64,000 bases of DNA from an uncultured candidate division Zixibacteria bacterium (GCA_963801605.1 CAWDFP010000006.1:1504001-1568000); one strand, 5' to 3'; shown: positions 12,263 to 23,721, numbered from the stretch's first letter. The notes: a model not told the origin generated them from the letters alone. Numbers and translations: made by a program.

Positions 12263-13591
12263 ATGGCGTTTGATAGTGTAAGAAATATTTTTAAGATACA
12301 TGAGCTCAGGCAGAGAATTCTTTTTACTCTCGGCCTTTTGGTTGTCTATAGGATAGGCGGCCATATCCCTACCCCGGGAATTGACGTTACGGCTCTTGAA
12401 AGATTCAATCCCGGCGGTTTGCTCAATTTATTCGACCTGTTCGTAGGTGGTGCCTTTACCAAGGTCACCATCTTCGCGCTGGGCATCATGCCCTATATCT
12501 CGGCCTCGATTATCATTCAGCTTTTGGGAGCGGTTATTCCCTTTTTCCAACGGCTGCAGAAAGAGGGCGAGGAAGGCCGGCGGAAAATCACCCAGTATAC
12601 TCGTTACGGCACTGTGCTTATCGCCGCTATGCAGTCTATGGGTACCGCCATTTATCTTTCCGAGCAAACCAATCCGACCCTCCTTCTTCCCGGTATCTCA
12701 AAAATGTTTTTCATTCTGATGACGATGGTTACTTTCACCTGCGGCACGATATTTATCATGTGGCTTGGTGAAAGAATTACCGAACGAGGTATCGGCAATG
12801 GTATTTCGCTGATCATCTTCATAGGCATTATCGCCAGACTGCCGATCGCGGTTATGGATGAAATTGCCAAGTTCTTTCCCGGGCTCTTCGGCATGACCGG
12901 CGTGGCCCGCGGAAATATTATTAAAGAGCTTCTGATAATTGTGTTCATGGTTGTTATCGTGGCGGCCGTGGTGCTTGTCACCAGGGCTCAGAGACGGATA
13001 CCCGTTCAGTATGCCAAAAGGGTAGTCGGACGAAAAGTGTACGGCGGCACCAGCACTCATATACCGCTGTCGGTCAATACTGCTGGTATCATCCCCATCA
13101 TCTTTGCACAGTCGATCATGTTTGCTCCGCAAACCATTTTTTCATTCTTCCCGGATAGCAATTTTATGATGATGCTTTCCGGATGGTTCAGCCCTACCTC
13201 GGTTGTGTACATGGTGGTTTACTCGTTGCTTATTATATTTTTCGCCTATTTCTACACTGCTATCGTCTTCAACCCGGTTGATTTGGCGGATAACATGAAA
13301 AAACAGGGCGGATTTATTCCGGGTATCAGGCCGGGTCAGCGCACAGCTGAGTATATCGACCGCATCCTGACCAGGATCACTCTTCCCGGAGCCTTTTTCT
13401 TTGCAATTATCGCGGTTTTGCCGAATATCATGTCGCGGCTCGCGGATGTTCAGTTCTACTTCGGTGGAACCGGGCTTCTGATTGTGGTTGGCGTGGCGCT
13501 CGATACTTTACAGCAGATCGAGTCGCATCTGTTGATGAGACATTATGACGGATTTATTAAGAAAGGGCGATTGAAAGGGCGTTATAGCTGA
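12263..13591 (+). CDS. secY: Preprotein translocase subunit SecY
   Basis: LGIMPYISASII, GIGNGISLII, IPGIRPG, GGTGLLIVVGV. Confidence 0.99.
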   Translation: MAFDSVRNIFKIHELRQRILFTLGLLVVYRIGGHIPTPGIDVTALERFNPGGLLNLFDLFVGGAFTKVTIFALGIMPYISASIIIQLLGAVIPFFQRLQKEGEEGRRKITQYTRYGTVLIAAMQSMGTAIYLSEQTNPTLLLPGISKMFFILMTMVTFTCGTIFIMWLGERITERGIGNGISLIIFIGIIARLPIAVMDEIAKFFPGLFGMTGVARGNIIKELLIIVFMVVIVAAVVLVTRAQRRIPVQYAKRVVGRKVYGGTSTHIPLSVNTAGIIPIIFAQSIMFAPQTIFSFFPDSNFMMMLSGWFSPTSVVYMVVYSLLIIFFAYFYTAIVFNPVDLADNMKKQGGFIPGIRPGQRTAEYIDRILTRITLPGAFFFAIIAVLPNIMSRLADVQFYFGGTGLLIVVGVALDTLQQIESHLLMRHYDGFIKKGRLKGRYS

Positions 13592-14232
13592 TGCGGATCA
13601 TCTTCTTGGGGCCGCCCGGATCCGGCAAAGGAACCCAGGCGAAGAAGCTGGCGCAGAAATTTGGTCTCGAACATATTTCAACCGGAGACATCCTGCGCGA
13701 TGCAATCAAGAAGAAAACGCATTTGGGTATTAAAGCCGCAACTTTCATGGACGTAGGAGAGCTTGTACCGGACGATGTTATATTGGGGATTATCAAGGAG
13801 AAGCTCTTGACTATGATGGGCAAAGGCTTTATATTTGATGGTTTCCCCAGAACCACGGCCCAGGCTGATGGTCTGGATCGGATGCTCGGGGAACTTGGTA
13901 TAAGCATTTCCAAGGTTGTCAACCTTGATGTTCCCGATGAGGTCATCGTTAAAAGGTTGGAATCGCGAGTGCTTTGCAATAATTGCGGCCAGGATTATAA
14001 TATCGAAAGCAGGCCGCCAATCTCCTCCGATACATGCGATGTTTGCGGAGGAAAGCTTTACCGTCGGGCAGATGACTCTGCCGGAATTATCGAAAATCGC
14101 CTTAAGGTCTATCGCGAAAAGACCAAGGTGATTGAAGATTTTTATCGCTCAAAAAAACTTTTGATCGATATCGACGGCAATAGAAGTTGCGATGATGTTT
14201 TCAATTCTATCGCACAGGCCGTTGTTGATTGA
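13591..14232 (+). CDS. adk: Adenylate kinase with Cys4 zinc lid
   Basis: GPPGSGKGTQ, DGFPRT, CNNC..CDVC. Confidence 0.97.
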   Translation: MRIIFLGPPGSGKGTQAKKLAQKFGLEHISTGDILRDAIKKKTHLGIKAATFMDVGELVPDDVILGIIKEKLLTMMGKGFIFDGFPRTTAQADGLDRMLGELGISISKVVNLDVPDEVIVKRLESRVLCNNCGQDYNIESRPPISSDTCDVCGGKLYRRADDSAGIIENRLKVYREKTKVIEDFYRSKKLLIDIDGNRSCDDVFNSIAQAVVD

Positions 14233-14234
14233 AG

Positions 14235-14981
14235 ATGATACAGCTTAAGTCGCCGCGCGAAATCGAATTGATGCGCCAGGCGGGCAGGATCGTTGCTGAG
14301 GTCCTGGAATTGATCTCTGAAAACATAAAACCCGGTGTCACCACCAAAACCTTGGATCGGCTCGCCGCCGAGTATTTCAAAAAACGCGGCGCGAAACCTG
14401 CCTTTCTCGGATACCAGGGATTCCCGGCCAACATCTGCGTCTCTATTGACGACGAAATTGTGCATGGCATTCCCGGTGACCGTAAATTGGTCGAGGGCCA
14501 GATCGTCAGCATCGATGTTGGTTCCATCCTCAATGGATACTATGGCGACGGAGCCAGAAGTTTCGGGGTGGGCGAAATCAGCCCGGAATCCAAACAGCTT
14601 TTGGAGGTGACAGAAGATTCTCTTAATAAGGGAATCGAGCAGTGCCGAGTCGGAAACCAGTTAGGAGATATCTCCGCGGCTATCCAGACTTATGTAGAGG
14701 CCAGGGGATTCTCGGCGGTCCGAGATCTGGTTGGTCATGGTATCGGTCGGAAGATGCATGAGGAACCAAAGGTCCCAAACTATGGTAAACCCGGCACTGG
14801 GATGGAGCTTAAAGAGGGCCTGGTGATGGCTATCGAGCCCATGATTAACGCCGGCGGATATGATATCCGTATCCTGCCTGATGGCTGGACGATAGTTACC
14901 GCTGATGGCTCCAACTCGGCTCATTTCGAACATACTGTGGCGGTGACCGCAAACGGTCCGGAAATATTAACTGTAAGGTAG
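14235..14981 (+). CDS. map: Methionine aminopeptidase type I
   Basis: VHGIP, GHGIG..HEEP, AIEPM, SAHFEHT. Confidence 0.98.
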   Translation: MIQLKSPREIELMRQAGRIVAEVLELISENIKPGVTTKTLDRLAAEYFKKRGAKPAFLGYQGFPANICVSIDDEIVHGIPGDRKLVEGQIVSIDVGSILNGYYGDGARSFGVGEISPESKQLLEVTEDSLNKGIEQCRVGNQLGDISAAIQTYVEARGFSAVRDLVGHGIGRKMHEEPKVPNYGKPGTGMELKEGLVMAIEPMINAGGYDIRILPDGWTIVTADGSNSAHFEHTVAVTANGPEILTVR

Positions 14982-14982
14982 A

Positions 14983-15201
14983 ATGGCTAAAGAAGACGTA
15001 ATTGAGGTTGAAGGAAAAGTTATTGAGCCGTTGCCCAATGCCATGTTTAAGGTTGAACTTGACAATGGACATCAGGTGTTAGCGCATATCTCGGGCAAAA
15101 TGAGGATGCATTTTATTAAAATATTGCCCGGTGACAAGGTGACTCTGGAATTGTCGCCTTACGATTTGAATAGGGGCCGGATAATTTACCGGCATAAGTA
15201 G
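14983..15201 (+). CDS. infA: Translation initiation factor IF-1
   Basis: [20 protein letters not shown]. Confidence 0.99.
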   Translation: MAKEDVIEVEGKVIEPLPNAMFKVELDNGHQVLAHISGKMRMHFIKILPGDKVTLELSPYDLNRGRIIYRHK

Positions 15202-15216
15202 AATAGCGGAGATAAA

Positions 15217-15330
15217 ATGAAAGTTCGTTCGAGCGTAAAAATCCGTTGTGAAAAATGCAAGATTGTTAGGCGCAAGGGTGTGGTCAGAGTTATCTGTTCC
15301 AATCCCAAGCATAAGCAGCGTCAGGGATAA
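15217..15330 (+). CDS. rpmJ: 50S ribosomal protein L36 (not in ORF track)
   Basis: Manual translation [37 protein letters not shown]. Confidence 0.97.
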   Translation: MKVRSSVKIRCEKCKIVRRKGVVRVICSNPKHKQRQG

Positions 15331-15342
15331 AAGGAGGTTTTT

Positions 15343-15723
15343 TTGGCACGTATCGCTGGCATAGACCTGCCGCGTGATAAGAGAATAGAGGCAGCCCTGC
15401 CCTACATCTATGGCATCGGCCCGGCGGCAACGCAGAAAATTCTGCAAAAGTCCGGTATCGATCCCAATATTCGAGTCAAGGATATGACTGAAGATCATGT
15501 CTCGAAGATTCGTACCATTATCGAGCAGGAATATAAAGTCGAGGGCGCTCTCCGCACCGAAATAAATATGAATATCAAAAGGCTGATCGATATCGGTTCT
15601 TATCGCGGCCTTCGACATAGACGGGGACTTCCCGTTCGCGGCCAACGTACCAAGACCAACTCCAGGACTCGCAAAGGTCCCAGAAAAACAGTTGGCAGAA
15701 AAGCCAAAGCAGCCACAGAATAG
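15343..15723 (+). CDS. rpsM: 30S ribosomal protein S13
   Basis: [29 protein letters not shown] start after GGAGG. Confidence 0.98.
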   Translation: MARIAGIDLPRDKRIEAALPYIYGIGPAATQKILQKSGIDPNIRVKDMTEDHVSKIRTIIEQEYKVEGALRTEINMNIKRLIDIGSYRGLRHRRGLPVRGQRTKTNSRTRKGPRKTVGRKAKAATE

Positions 15724-15752
15724 TTAACTTTAATAATATAAGGATGGAGTAA

Positions 15753-16163
15753 TTGGCAGAACAACAACAACAGCCTGTCACAAAACGAAAAAAGGCGAAG
15801 AAAAAAGGGCAAAAGGTAGAATCCGTCGGTGTTGCCCATATCAAATCGACTTTTAACAATACCATTATCTCGATTTGCGATACCAGAGGAAATGTGATCT
15901 CCTGGTCGACATCTGGCAAATCCGGCTTCAAAGGTTCCAAGAAGTCGACACCTTTCGCTGCCCAGATGGCGGCTCAGTCGGCGGCTCGCGAAGCTATTGA
16001 GCAGGGTTTGAAGAGAATCGAGGTTTGGGTTAAGGGGCCTGGCGCTGGTCGTGAGGCTGCGATTAGATCCTTGCAGGCCGCCGGTCTCGAGATCACTGCC
16101 ATTCGCGACGTTACTCCCATCCCTCATAACGGTTGCCGTCCGCCTAAACGGCGTAGAGTTTAA
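15753..16163 (+). CDS. rpsK: 30S ribosomal protein S11
   Basis: [33 protein letters not shown]. Confidence 0.98.
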   Translation: MAEQQQQPVTKRKKAKKKGQKVESVGVAHIKSTFNNTIISICDTRGNVISWSTSGKSGFKGSKKSTPFAAQMAAQSAAREAIEQGLKRIEVWVKGPGAGREAAIRSLQAAGLEITAIRDVTPIPHNGCRPPKRRRV

Positions 16164-16180
16164 GGGGGCATTGGAAGATT

Positions 16181-16810
16181 ATGGCTAGATATACCGGCCC
16201 AAGTTGCAGATTATGCCGTCGTGAAGGCATGAAGCTTTTCCTTAAGGGCAATCGCTGTCTTACGGATAGATGCGCTATTGAACGGCGCGGATATGCTCCG
16301 GGACAGCATGGGCAAAGCGGTCGCAGGAAAGGCTCCGAATACGGTTTTCAGCTTCGTGAGAAACAGAAAATTCGCCGTATATATGGAATTCTTGAACGGC
16401 AGTTCCACGGTTATTTCGAGAAAGCCTCGCGCTTAAAAGGAATCACCGGCGAGAACCTGCTGGTTCTGTTGGAATGCCGCATGGATAATGTTATTTATCG
16501 TCTGGGATTCGCTCCTTCAAGAAAAGCGGCCCGGCAGTTGGCGCTCCATCGTCACTTTACCGTCAATAATAAAATTGTCGATATCCCCTCGTATCAGATT
16601 AAACCGGGAGATGTCATCAGGGTGCGCGAGAATAGCCGCAATATCGATATGATCCATTTGGCCCTTAAAGATGCCGGCAAGGGATTTGAACTTCCCTGGC
16701 TGCGCCTCGACAAAGCCAAAATGGAAGGCGAGCTGCTCGAGCGGCCAAAGAGACTGGATATCCCAACCACTGTCCAAGAACAGATGGTTGTCGAACTATA
16801 TTCTAAGTAG
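16181..16810 (+). CDS. rpsD: 30S ribosomal protein S4
   Basis: [28 protein letters not shown]. Confidence 0.98.
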   Translation: MARYTGPSCRLCRREGMKLFLKGNRCLTDRCAIERRGYAPGQHGQSGRRKGSEYGFQLREKQKIRRIYGILERQFHGYFEKASRLKGITGENLLVLLECRMDNVIYRLGFAPSRKAARQLALHRHFTVNNKIVDIPSYQIKPGDVIRVRENSRNIDMIHLALKDAGKGFELPWLRLDKAKMEGELLERPKRLDIPTTVQEQMVVELYSK

Positions 16811-16835
16811 AGCAAACTACGGGAGGCGTGTTAGA

Positions 16836-17829
16836 ATGAAGTGGAAAAGTATGCAAATGCCCAAGGATGTGGTTCTCGATGAGAAAACCGCAACTCAGAG
16901 CTATGGCCGATTCACCATCGAGCCGCTCGAGAGAGGCTTTGGGCATACCCTCGGCACGGCGTTCCGACGAGTGCTGCTCTCCTCGATCCAGGGCGCGGCC
17001 GTTACCGCTATTAGAGTCACTGGGTATTTTGCATGAGTTCTCGACTATTCCCGGTGTGCTGGAGGATGTTACCGAGTTAGTCTTAAATGTTAAAAAACTC
17101 AAACTCAAACTTTTAGGCGATGAGCCGAAGACTATCGTTCTTTCGGCAAATTCAAAGGGCGCCTTTAAGGCTGGCGATATCGAGGCCGATCCCACTATCG
17201 AAATTGTCAATCCCGATTTTCATCTCGTCACCCTCAATGACGATATCAAATTTCGGATGGAGATGGATGTCGAATCCGGTCGCGGTTTTGTTACCGCCGA
17301 CCTCAATAGAAAGACCGGACAACCGGCTGGCACGATCTACCTCGATACCAGATTTTCCCCGGTTATCAAGGTTAATTATGCCGTTGAGGACACCCGCGTC
17401 GGACAGCGTACTGACTATGATAAATTGACAATTGAAATCTGGACCGACTCCACAATCACTCCCGAGGAGGCCCTGACCTTCGCTGCCAGACTTGTCAAAG
17501 ACCACCTCAATATATTTGCCAAGGTCGACCAGGAAATGGAAATGGTCGAAGAGGAAAAGGTTGACGAGGAAGTCATGAGGATTCGCAATCTGCTCAAGAT
17601 GCGGGTCGATGAGTTGGAGCTATCGGTGCGTTCGTCGAACTGCCTGCATGCGGCCAATATTATTACCCTTGAGGACCTGGTCCGCAAAACCGAGCAGGAA
17701 ATGTTGAAATACCGTAATTTTGGAAGAAAGTCGCTTAACGAGCTTAACAGCATCCTCTCCGAATTGGGCCTGTCCTTTGGCATGGATGTCGATAAGTACA
17801 AAGAACCGGAAGAAGCAAAGGCAATATAG
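16836..17829 (+). CDS. rpoA: RNA polymerase alpha subunit (frameshift near 17022)
   Basis: [22 protein letters not shown] joined to [27 protein letters not shown]. Confidence 0.96.
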
Positions 17830-18378
17830 ATGCGACATGGAAGACATGTAAAGAAACTTGGTGTTAAAACAGCCCATCGGCATGCCATGATGGCCAATAT
17901 GGCCACCTCCCTGATCCTGGCTGGCAAGATAAGGACCACAGTCGCCAGGGCCAAGGTAGTCCAGAGCAAAGTAGAAAAACTTATTACGCTTGCCAAACGG
18001 GGCGACCTTCACGCTCGTCGGCAGGTTGTCGCGGCGTTACGTGATAATGATGCTGTCACGAAACTATTTACCGAAATCGTGCCCGAATTCAAGGATACTA
18101 AAGGCGGATTCACTCGGCGTGCTATTTGGGGCCGTCGTTTAGGTGATGGCGCCACCTTAGCCGTGGTTGAGCTTAACGTCGAAAAGAAGGTCGTTGCCGA
18201 GCCCAAGAAAAAGGGCAAAGGCGAAACCGAGGAAAAGGTTGAGGCCGCCGACACCAAGAAAGAAAAGAAAGCCAAACCCGCTAAAGAGAAAAAAGAGAAA
18301 AAGCCCAAAGCCGAAAAGAAAGAGACTCATAAAGAGACTAAAGTGGTTAAAAAGAAAAAGTCTCCTACAGCCAAATAA
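17830..18378 (+). CDS. rplQ: 50S ribosomal protein L17 with Lys/Glu-rich C-terminal tail
   Basis: MRHG..KLG..HR.AM, EKLITLAK, GGFTR, R.GDGA. Confidence 0.96.
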   Translation: MRHGRHVKKLGVKTAHRHAMMANMATSLILAGKIRTTVARAKVVQSKVEKLITLAKRGDLHARRQVVAALRDNDAVTKLFTEIVPEFKDTKGGFTRRAIWGRRLGDGATLAVVELNVEKKVVAEPKKKGKGETEEKVEAADTKKEKKAKPAKEKKEKKPKAEKKETHKETKVVKKKKSPTAK

Positions 18379-18424
18379 TCTTTTTTCTCAAATTTATTGA
18401 CCGTTCACGGTCAGCAAAATTCCA

Positions 18425-18449
18425 CCCGGCAATCAAAGCCGGGTTTTTT
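18425..18449 (+). terminator. Intrinsic terminator of the ribosomal supercluster
   Basis: CCCGGC-aatcaaa-GCCGGG followed by TTTTTT. Confidence 0.8.
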
Positions 18450-18457
18450 GTTTGTGC

Positions 18458-18660
18458 GTGCGGTCGGGTCCCCGAACCCGACCGCAACAATCCTAAGCAT
18501 TTGTGCGGCAGGGTCTCCGCACTCTGCCGTTCTACCGGTCAAACAGGATTATAATATAATGCCCCAGGATCGAAGAGTCCTTCCAGCAACATCTGAGGCA
18601 AAAGACCCGTGGCCCGGGTGGCATCTTATTGGACCGTCGCAGACGCCAGAAGCATGTTTG
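18458..18660. repeat. Cluster of REP-like palindromes
   Basis: GTGCGGTCGGGTCCCCGAACCCGACCGC, a degenerate second copy, and a GGGTGGCAT..AAGCATGT element also seen near 31695 and 42160. Confidence 0.7.
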
Positions 18661-18735
18661 CCCTGTGCCTCAAAATAATGGAACGCCTATTCACTAATAT
18701 TTTGTTACATCCTTGAATTGGTAATAATCGCGCCT

Positions 18736-18764
18736 TTGACAGCGGCATTTCTTTATCTTAGAAT
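18736..18764 (+). promoter_or_regulatory. Sigma70-type promoter of the LVIVD gene
   Basis: TTGACA-17 nt-TAGAAT. Confidence 0.7.
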
Positions 18765-18813
18765 AGCTTATTGCTATGCCGCGATCCTTCTATCTTCCTG
18801 ATCGGGAGGCAAT

Positions 18814-20968
18814 ATGAGAAAGTTTCTTTTCGTTTCATTATTAGTCGCCATATTTGCATCCGTGGCTTTCGCGCAAACGCTTGAATATGCCGGATCTGCT
18901 CTGTGGAATGGCGCATGGGATGTCAAGGTCGTTGACAACCGCGCTTATTGCGCATTTTATAGCGGTTTGATGATTATCGATATATCGGATCCATCCAATC
19001 CTTCCATTATCAGCCGCCTGTTTTGCCGTGGTAATAACTATAAAATAGCTATTAATGGAGATTATATATTTTTAGCTTCAACGCAAAATGGAATTAATAT
19101 TATAAATGTGTTAGATCAATCAAATCCTGTATTAGTGGGTAATATTGTGCCCCGTGGTATGCGGGTAAATGATATCTATGTAAACGGCGATTATCTTTAT
19201 TCTGCTGAAGATACCGCGGGTTTCCAAATAATAGATATTTCCAATATGATGCAACCAGTACGAATAGGATCGTATCACTTAGTATTTTCTTCTCCATTTC
19301 CTGCGGTATATGTTGACGGTGATTATGCCTATTTTACATGTAATAACCGACCATTGTACATAATCAATATATCAAACAAAACAAATCCTACATTAGAAGG
19401 AACGTACTATAATCCAGAGCAGGCCCTCGGTTTTTATGATGTTGTGACAATTGGTGATTAAATATACTTAAGTGCCAATTCTGGAGGGGTCATGACTCTC
19501 GATGCGCAGGATAAGAGTAATCCCGTACTATTGAGTAACCTTGGTCTTTCACATGAATGTGTAAGCTTGGCAATCTCCGGCCAATATGCGTACATGGCTT
19601 CTCCCAACAATGCCCTTGAAATTATTAATATAGCTGATCCTCAAAACCTGGTATTAAGCGGGGAATTTACTTCATCCCAATTCAATTGGGGCCTTGATGT
19701 TAGCAGTAATTACGCTTACATGACTGACCGCTATGGCGGATTCAAGATAATAGATGTTTCTGATTCCCAATCTCCGGAATTATTAAGCGATTTTAATTAT
19801 AGTCGTTATGTATATCAGGTAGGCATCACAGGAAATATGGCCATTGTGGCCGATACAACGCATTTTTTGAAAATTCTAAATTTATCTTATCCCGACAGCC
19901 TTTTTCGGTTGCCCAATTATGGCATGGGACCTTGGATTAATGGAATAGAAATAGTAGGAAATCTGGCGCTATTTTCCAGCCAAAGTGGTTATGAATCAGG
20001 GTTATATATTTTTGATATCTCTAATATTGAACGACCAGTGTTATTAGGTAGATCTCTCGATACGTTTACTTATGCAGGGGATTTGGCCATAGATAGTACT
20101 TATGTTTATTTGCTTTCTGATGCCGGTTTTCATGTGATAAATATTAGTGATCCCTCTTCACCATGGCGCCAAGGGCATTTTTATATATCAAATTATAATC
20201 GTCCGAATGATATTGCAATTAAGGATAGCATAGCTTATGTCGCTGCAAACGATTCAGGCCTTTATTGCGTATCGATATCAGACCCGAGCCATCCGGCCTT
20301 ACTGGGTCATATTATTCCCGCTGGGTACACTTATGGTGTTGCTATTCGCGATAATTATGCCTTCCTCGGCTGCGGGATTGATACGCTCATTGTATTAGAT
20401 ATTTCTGATCCCACCAATCCCATCGTTGCTGTTACCTATGAGGTCCCTGATGTCTATATCGCTTTCCGGGACATAATATTATCGGGCGATTATGCCTTTA
20501 TAACCGACAGTCACCGCGGATTATCGGTGATCGATATTTCGAATCCTTTAAGCCCATCGTTTGTGACCTTTTTTGGGACTTATGGGGAAGTTAACGGCAT
20601 GGCAGTATCCGGGAACCTCATTTACCTTGCCAATCAATATTCCCTCCTAATCCTCCGCTTCAATCCCGAAACAGGTACGATTGAGGATATCACTAATCTC
20701 CCTCAAGCGCTTTCCCTTTCCCAAAACTATCCCAATCCCTTCAACGCCCAAACAACTATTCAATATGACCTGCCCGTCGCTTCAGATGTCACCCTCTCAA
20801 TTTATGATATCCAGGGCCGCATGGTTGGAACCCCTAGTAAATGAACACCAGAAAGCGGGTCATCATCAAACTACCTGGGATGCCTCAAAGTATTCTTCTG
20901 GCGTCTATTTCTATAGAGTCCAGGCCGGGAATTTCAGTCAAACCCAAAAGGCAATCCTTCTAAAATAA
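18814..20968 (+). pseudogene. Secreted LVIVD-repeat beta-propeller protein with QNYPNPFN-type (T9SS/FlgD-like) CTD; in-frame TAA at 19459 and frameshift near 20833
   Basis: Signal peptide; many 'GDYAY..GL.IIDISDP..P' repeats; ORFs at 18814 and 19492 share a frame; CTD completed in another frame (WDASKYSSGVYFYR..ILLK). Confidence 0.8.
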
Positions 20969-21073
20969 TAAGTTTTTATTATATCCATAATACGATATAG
21001 TATCTCGATAGCCAAAGTTAGGCCGGTTTATTTTCCCTTTACAGAATGCCCCCTATTTCATAGAATTACCCTC

Positions 21074-22240
21074 ATGCGTGCCTGTGTTCTTATCTTGGAT
21101 TCCTGCGGAGTAGGGGAGCTTCCCGATGCCGCCCAATATGGCGATTCCGGTGCCAATACCATCGGAAATATCGCTAAAGCTTTGAATGGTTTGCCAATTC
21201 CCAATCTCCAGAAAATGGGCTTTGCCAATATTATCGAGATAATTGGTGTACCTCCCGCGCAAAAACCGATCAGCTTTTATGGCAAGATGGCACAAGGCAG
21301 CGCCGGAAAAGATTCTACTGTCGGCCACTGGGAGCACTTTGGGATAATCACCCAAAAACCGTTTCCTACCTATCCCAATGGCTTTCCTCCGGCCATAATC
21401 GCCGAATTTGAAAAGCGCACCGGACGCAAAGCTATTGGAAACAAACCCGCCTCCGGTACCGAAATTATAAAAGAACTTGGTGAAGAGCATCTTAAAACCG
21501 GCGCCCTTATTGTGTATACATCAGGCGATTCGGTCTTCCAGATAGCCGCCCATCGGTCGATAGTGCCCGTCGATGAACTCTATCGCTATAGCCGTATCGC
21601 CCGGGAGATAATGACCGGAGATCACGGCGTCTCCCGCATCATTGCCCGGCCTTTTGATGGTGAGCCTGGCAAATTTTATCGGACTGATGAGCGCCACGAT
21701 TTCTCTCTCGTCCCGCCGACCGACAGCGGCCTTGATATCTTATCACGTGCTGGCCACAAGGTTATTTCCATCGGAAAAATCAATGACCTTTTTGCTGGAA
21801 AGGGAATCACGGAATCCCATCCCACCAAATCTAATGCTGACGGCATCGATAAACTGATTGATATACTGGGTCAATCCTTCGATGGCCTGATTTATATTAA
21901 TCTTGTTGATTTTGATATGCTCTGGGGGCATCGTAATGATGTTCGAGGTTTTGCTGACGGTTTAATTTATTTCGATAAGAAATTGCCGGAGATTTTAGCC
22001 AAACTGTCGAGGGGCGATCTCTTCATAATCTCCGCCGACCACGGTTGCGACCCCACTACGCCATCCACAGATCACTCCCGTGAATATGTGCCGATTCTGG
22101 CCAGTCTTTCAAATTTCGACTCTTATTCGGGGAAATCGTTGGGAATCAGAAAATCATTCGCCGATCTTGGCGCCACTGTACTTGACTTCTTCGGCCTTCG
22201 TCAGCCGACAGGAGAGAGCTTCTTGGGAGACCTAAAATGA
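21074..22240 (+). CDS. deoB: Phosphopentomutase
   Basis: LDSCGVGELPDA..GDSGANT, GKDST.GHWE, YTSGDSVFQIAAH, ADHGCDP..TDHSRE. Confidence 0.96.
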   Translation: MRACVLILDSCGVGELPDAAQYGDSGANTIGNIAKALNGLPIPNLQKMGFANIIEIIGVPPAQKPISFYGKMAQGSAGKDSTVGHWEHFGIITQKPFPTYPNGFPPAIIAEFEKRTGRKAIGNKPASGTEIIKELGEEHLKTGALIVYTSGDSVFQIAAHRSIVPVDELYRYSRIAREIMTGDHGVSRIIARPFDGEPGKFYRTDERHDFSLVPPTDSGLDILSRAGHKVISIGKINDLFAGKGITESHPTKSNADGIDKLIDILGQSFDGLIYINLVDFDMLWGHRNDVRGFADGLIYFDKKLPEILAKLSRGDLFIISADHGCDPTTPSTDHSREYVPILASLSNFDSYSGKSLGIRKSFADLGATVLDFFGLRQPTGESFLGDLK

Positions 22241-22623
22241 TCGATTGGGAAAAATTGATTTCGGCCGCTAAGGATGTTAGAAAAAATGCTTACGCCAAAT
22301 TCTCCGGTTTCGAGGTTGGCGCCGCCCTTCTTACTGAGGATGGCGAAATCGTCACAGGCTGCAATGTTGAAAATAGCTCCTTCGGGCTGACAATCTGCGC
22401 CGAACGTACCGCCGCCTTTAAAGCCGTCTCGGAGGGGCATAAGAAGTTTGTGGCAATCGCAGTATATTCCGAATCGCCGCAGCCCGCTCGGCCATGTGGC
22501 GCTTGCCGTCAGGTGCTGTTCGAGTTCAATCCCGATCTCGAAATCGCCTGCGCCAATACGCAGGGCATTGTCGATAAATTTACTCTCTCAGAGCTTTTAC
22601 CGGAGGGTTTCAGACTCAGATGA
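22237..22623 (+). CDS. cdd: Cytidine deaminase
   Basis: GCNVEN, CAERTA, PCGACRQ. Confidence 0.96.
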   Translation: MIDWEKLISAAKDVRKNAYAKFSGFEVGAALLTEDGEIVTGCNVENSSFGLTICAERTAAFKAVSEGHKKFVAIAVYSESPQPARPCGACRQVLFEFNPDLEIACANTQGIVDKFTLSELLPEGFRLR

Positions 22624-22883
22624 ATTTGGGGAAAGTTACCGGCTGTCTCTGGGCCTCGGCCAAACACGGCTCGCTTAAGGGTGCCAAACTTCTTATCGTA
22701 TCGCAGATCGGTTCCGATGGTAAATTTACAGGAGGATATGAAGTCGCTTACGATACTGTCGATGCTGGAATCGGCGATACGGTACTTACTGTCAAAGGCT
22801 CTTCGGCCAAGATGACTCCGCAAACAACAAATGCGACTATCGATTGCGCAATAACAGGGATTGTAGACCATGTCCAACAATGA
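22620..22883 (+). CDS. Bacterial microcompartment vertex (pentamer) protein, EutN/CcmL family
   Basis: M.LGKV.G.LW.S.K..L.G.KLLIV, VA.DTVDAG.GD.VL, GSSA, IDCAI.GIVD; 87 aa. Confidence 0.92.
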   Translation: MNLGKVTGCLWASAKHGSLKGAKLLIVSQIGSDGKFTGGYEVAYDTVDAGIGDTVLTVKGSSAKMTPQTTNATIDCAITGIVDHVQQ

Positions 22884-23721
22884 TGAATTGATTAAAAAGA
22901 TCGTCGAGCAGGTTATTTCAGATCAACAGAAAAAACCGGGCTCCGAGGAAAATGATCACGCCTCATGTCAGGGCTGCGGGCATTGCATAGCAAAACGGCA
23001 GGATGCTGTGAAACAGATTGCTGATGCTGGAGCCAGCCGGCTATCCGCCGGAATTGGTGTTGGCAAGGATATTGTCACGCCTACCCTTATCGATCATACT
23101 CTTCTCAAACCCAATGCTACCGCGCGCGAATTGGAGCAGCTTTGCGGCGAGGCTCTTGAATACGGCTTTTATTCGGTATGTATCAATCCCACCCATATCG
23201 CGCGTTGCCGGGATATTTTGGCCGGTTCACGCGTTAAGGTTTGCACCGTAATCGGATTTCCCTTAGGCGCGAATACATCGGCCACTAAGGCCTTTGAGGC
23301 GGCCAACGCCGAATCGCTGGGAGCCGAGGAAATCGATATGGTGATAAATGTCGGCGCTCTCAAAGACAATCAGTTGTCTTTTGTGAAAGACGATATTGCC
23401 GCGGTTGTCGAGGCCACATCCAAAACTGTAATCACCAAGGTCATATTGGAAAACGCCTACCTTACCGCCGAGGAGAAAATCAGGGGCTGTCTTATGGCCA
23501 AAGCCGCCGCCGCCGATTTTGTTAAGACTTCAACCGGGTTTGGGCCGTCGGGCGCTACCCTTGAGGATGTGGCTCTTATGCGCCGAGTGGTGGGCGAGGA
23601 GCTCGGTGTCAAGGCCGCTGGAGGAATCCGCGATACAGCTATGGCCTTAAAAATGATGGAGGCCGGAGCGACTCGTATCGGCGCCTCGGCGTCTATCAAA
23701 ATAGTGACTGGAACGACATGA
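22870..23721 (+). CDS. deoC: Deoxyribose-phosphate aldolase with ~65-aa N-terminal extension
   Basis: IDHTLLKP, CTVIGFPLG, EIDMVIN, FVKTSTGF, VKAAGGIR, GATRIGAS. Confidence 0.96.
   Translation: MSNNDELIKKIVEQVISDQQKKPGSEENDHASCQGCGHCIAKRQDAVKQIADAGASRLSAGIGVGKDIVTPTLIDHTLLKPNATARELEQLCGEALEYGFYSVCINPTHIARCRDILAGSRVKVCTVIGFPLGANTSATKAFEAANAESLGAEEIDMVINVGALKDNQLSFVKDDIAAVVEATSKTVITKVILENAYLTAEEKIRGCLMAKAAAADFVKTSTGFGPSGATLEDVALMRRVVGEELGVKAAGGIRDTAMALKMMEAGATRIGASASIKIVTGTT

Noticed and set aside
4690..17030. Programmed frameshifting in rplW, rpsC, rplX and rpoA
   Set aside because: No shared slippery motif or stimulator; error density is similar across unrelated genes.
19459..19461. Stop-codon reassignment or readthrough of TAA
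   Set aside because: TAA terminates many conserved genes here; a single nonsense change or base error is simpler.
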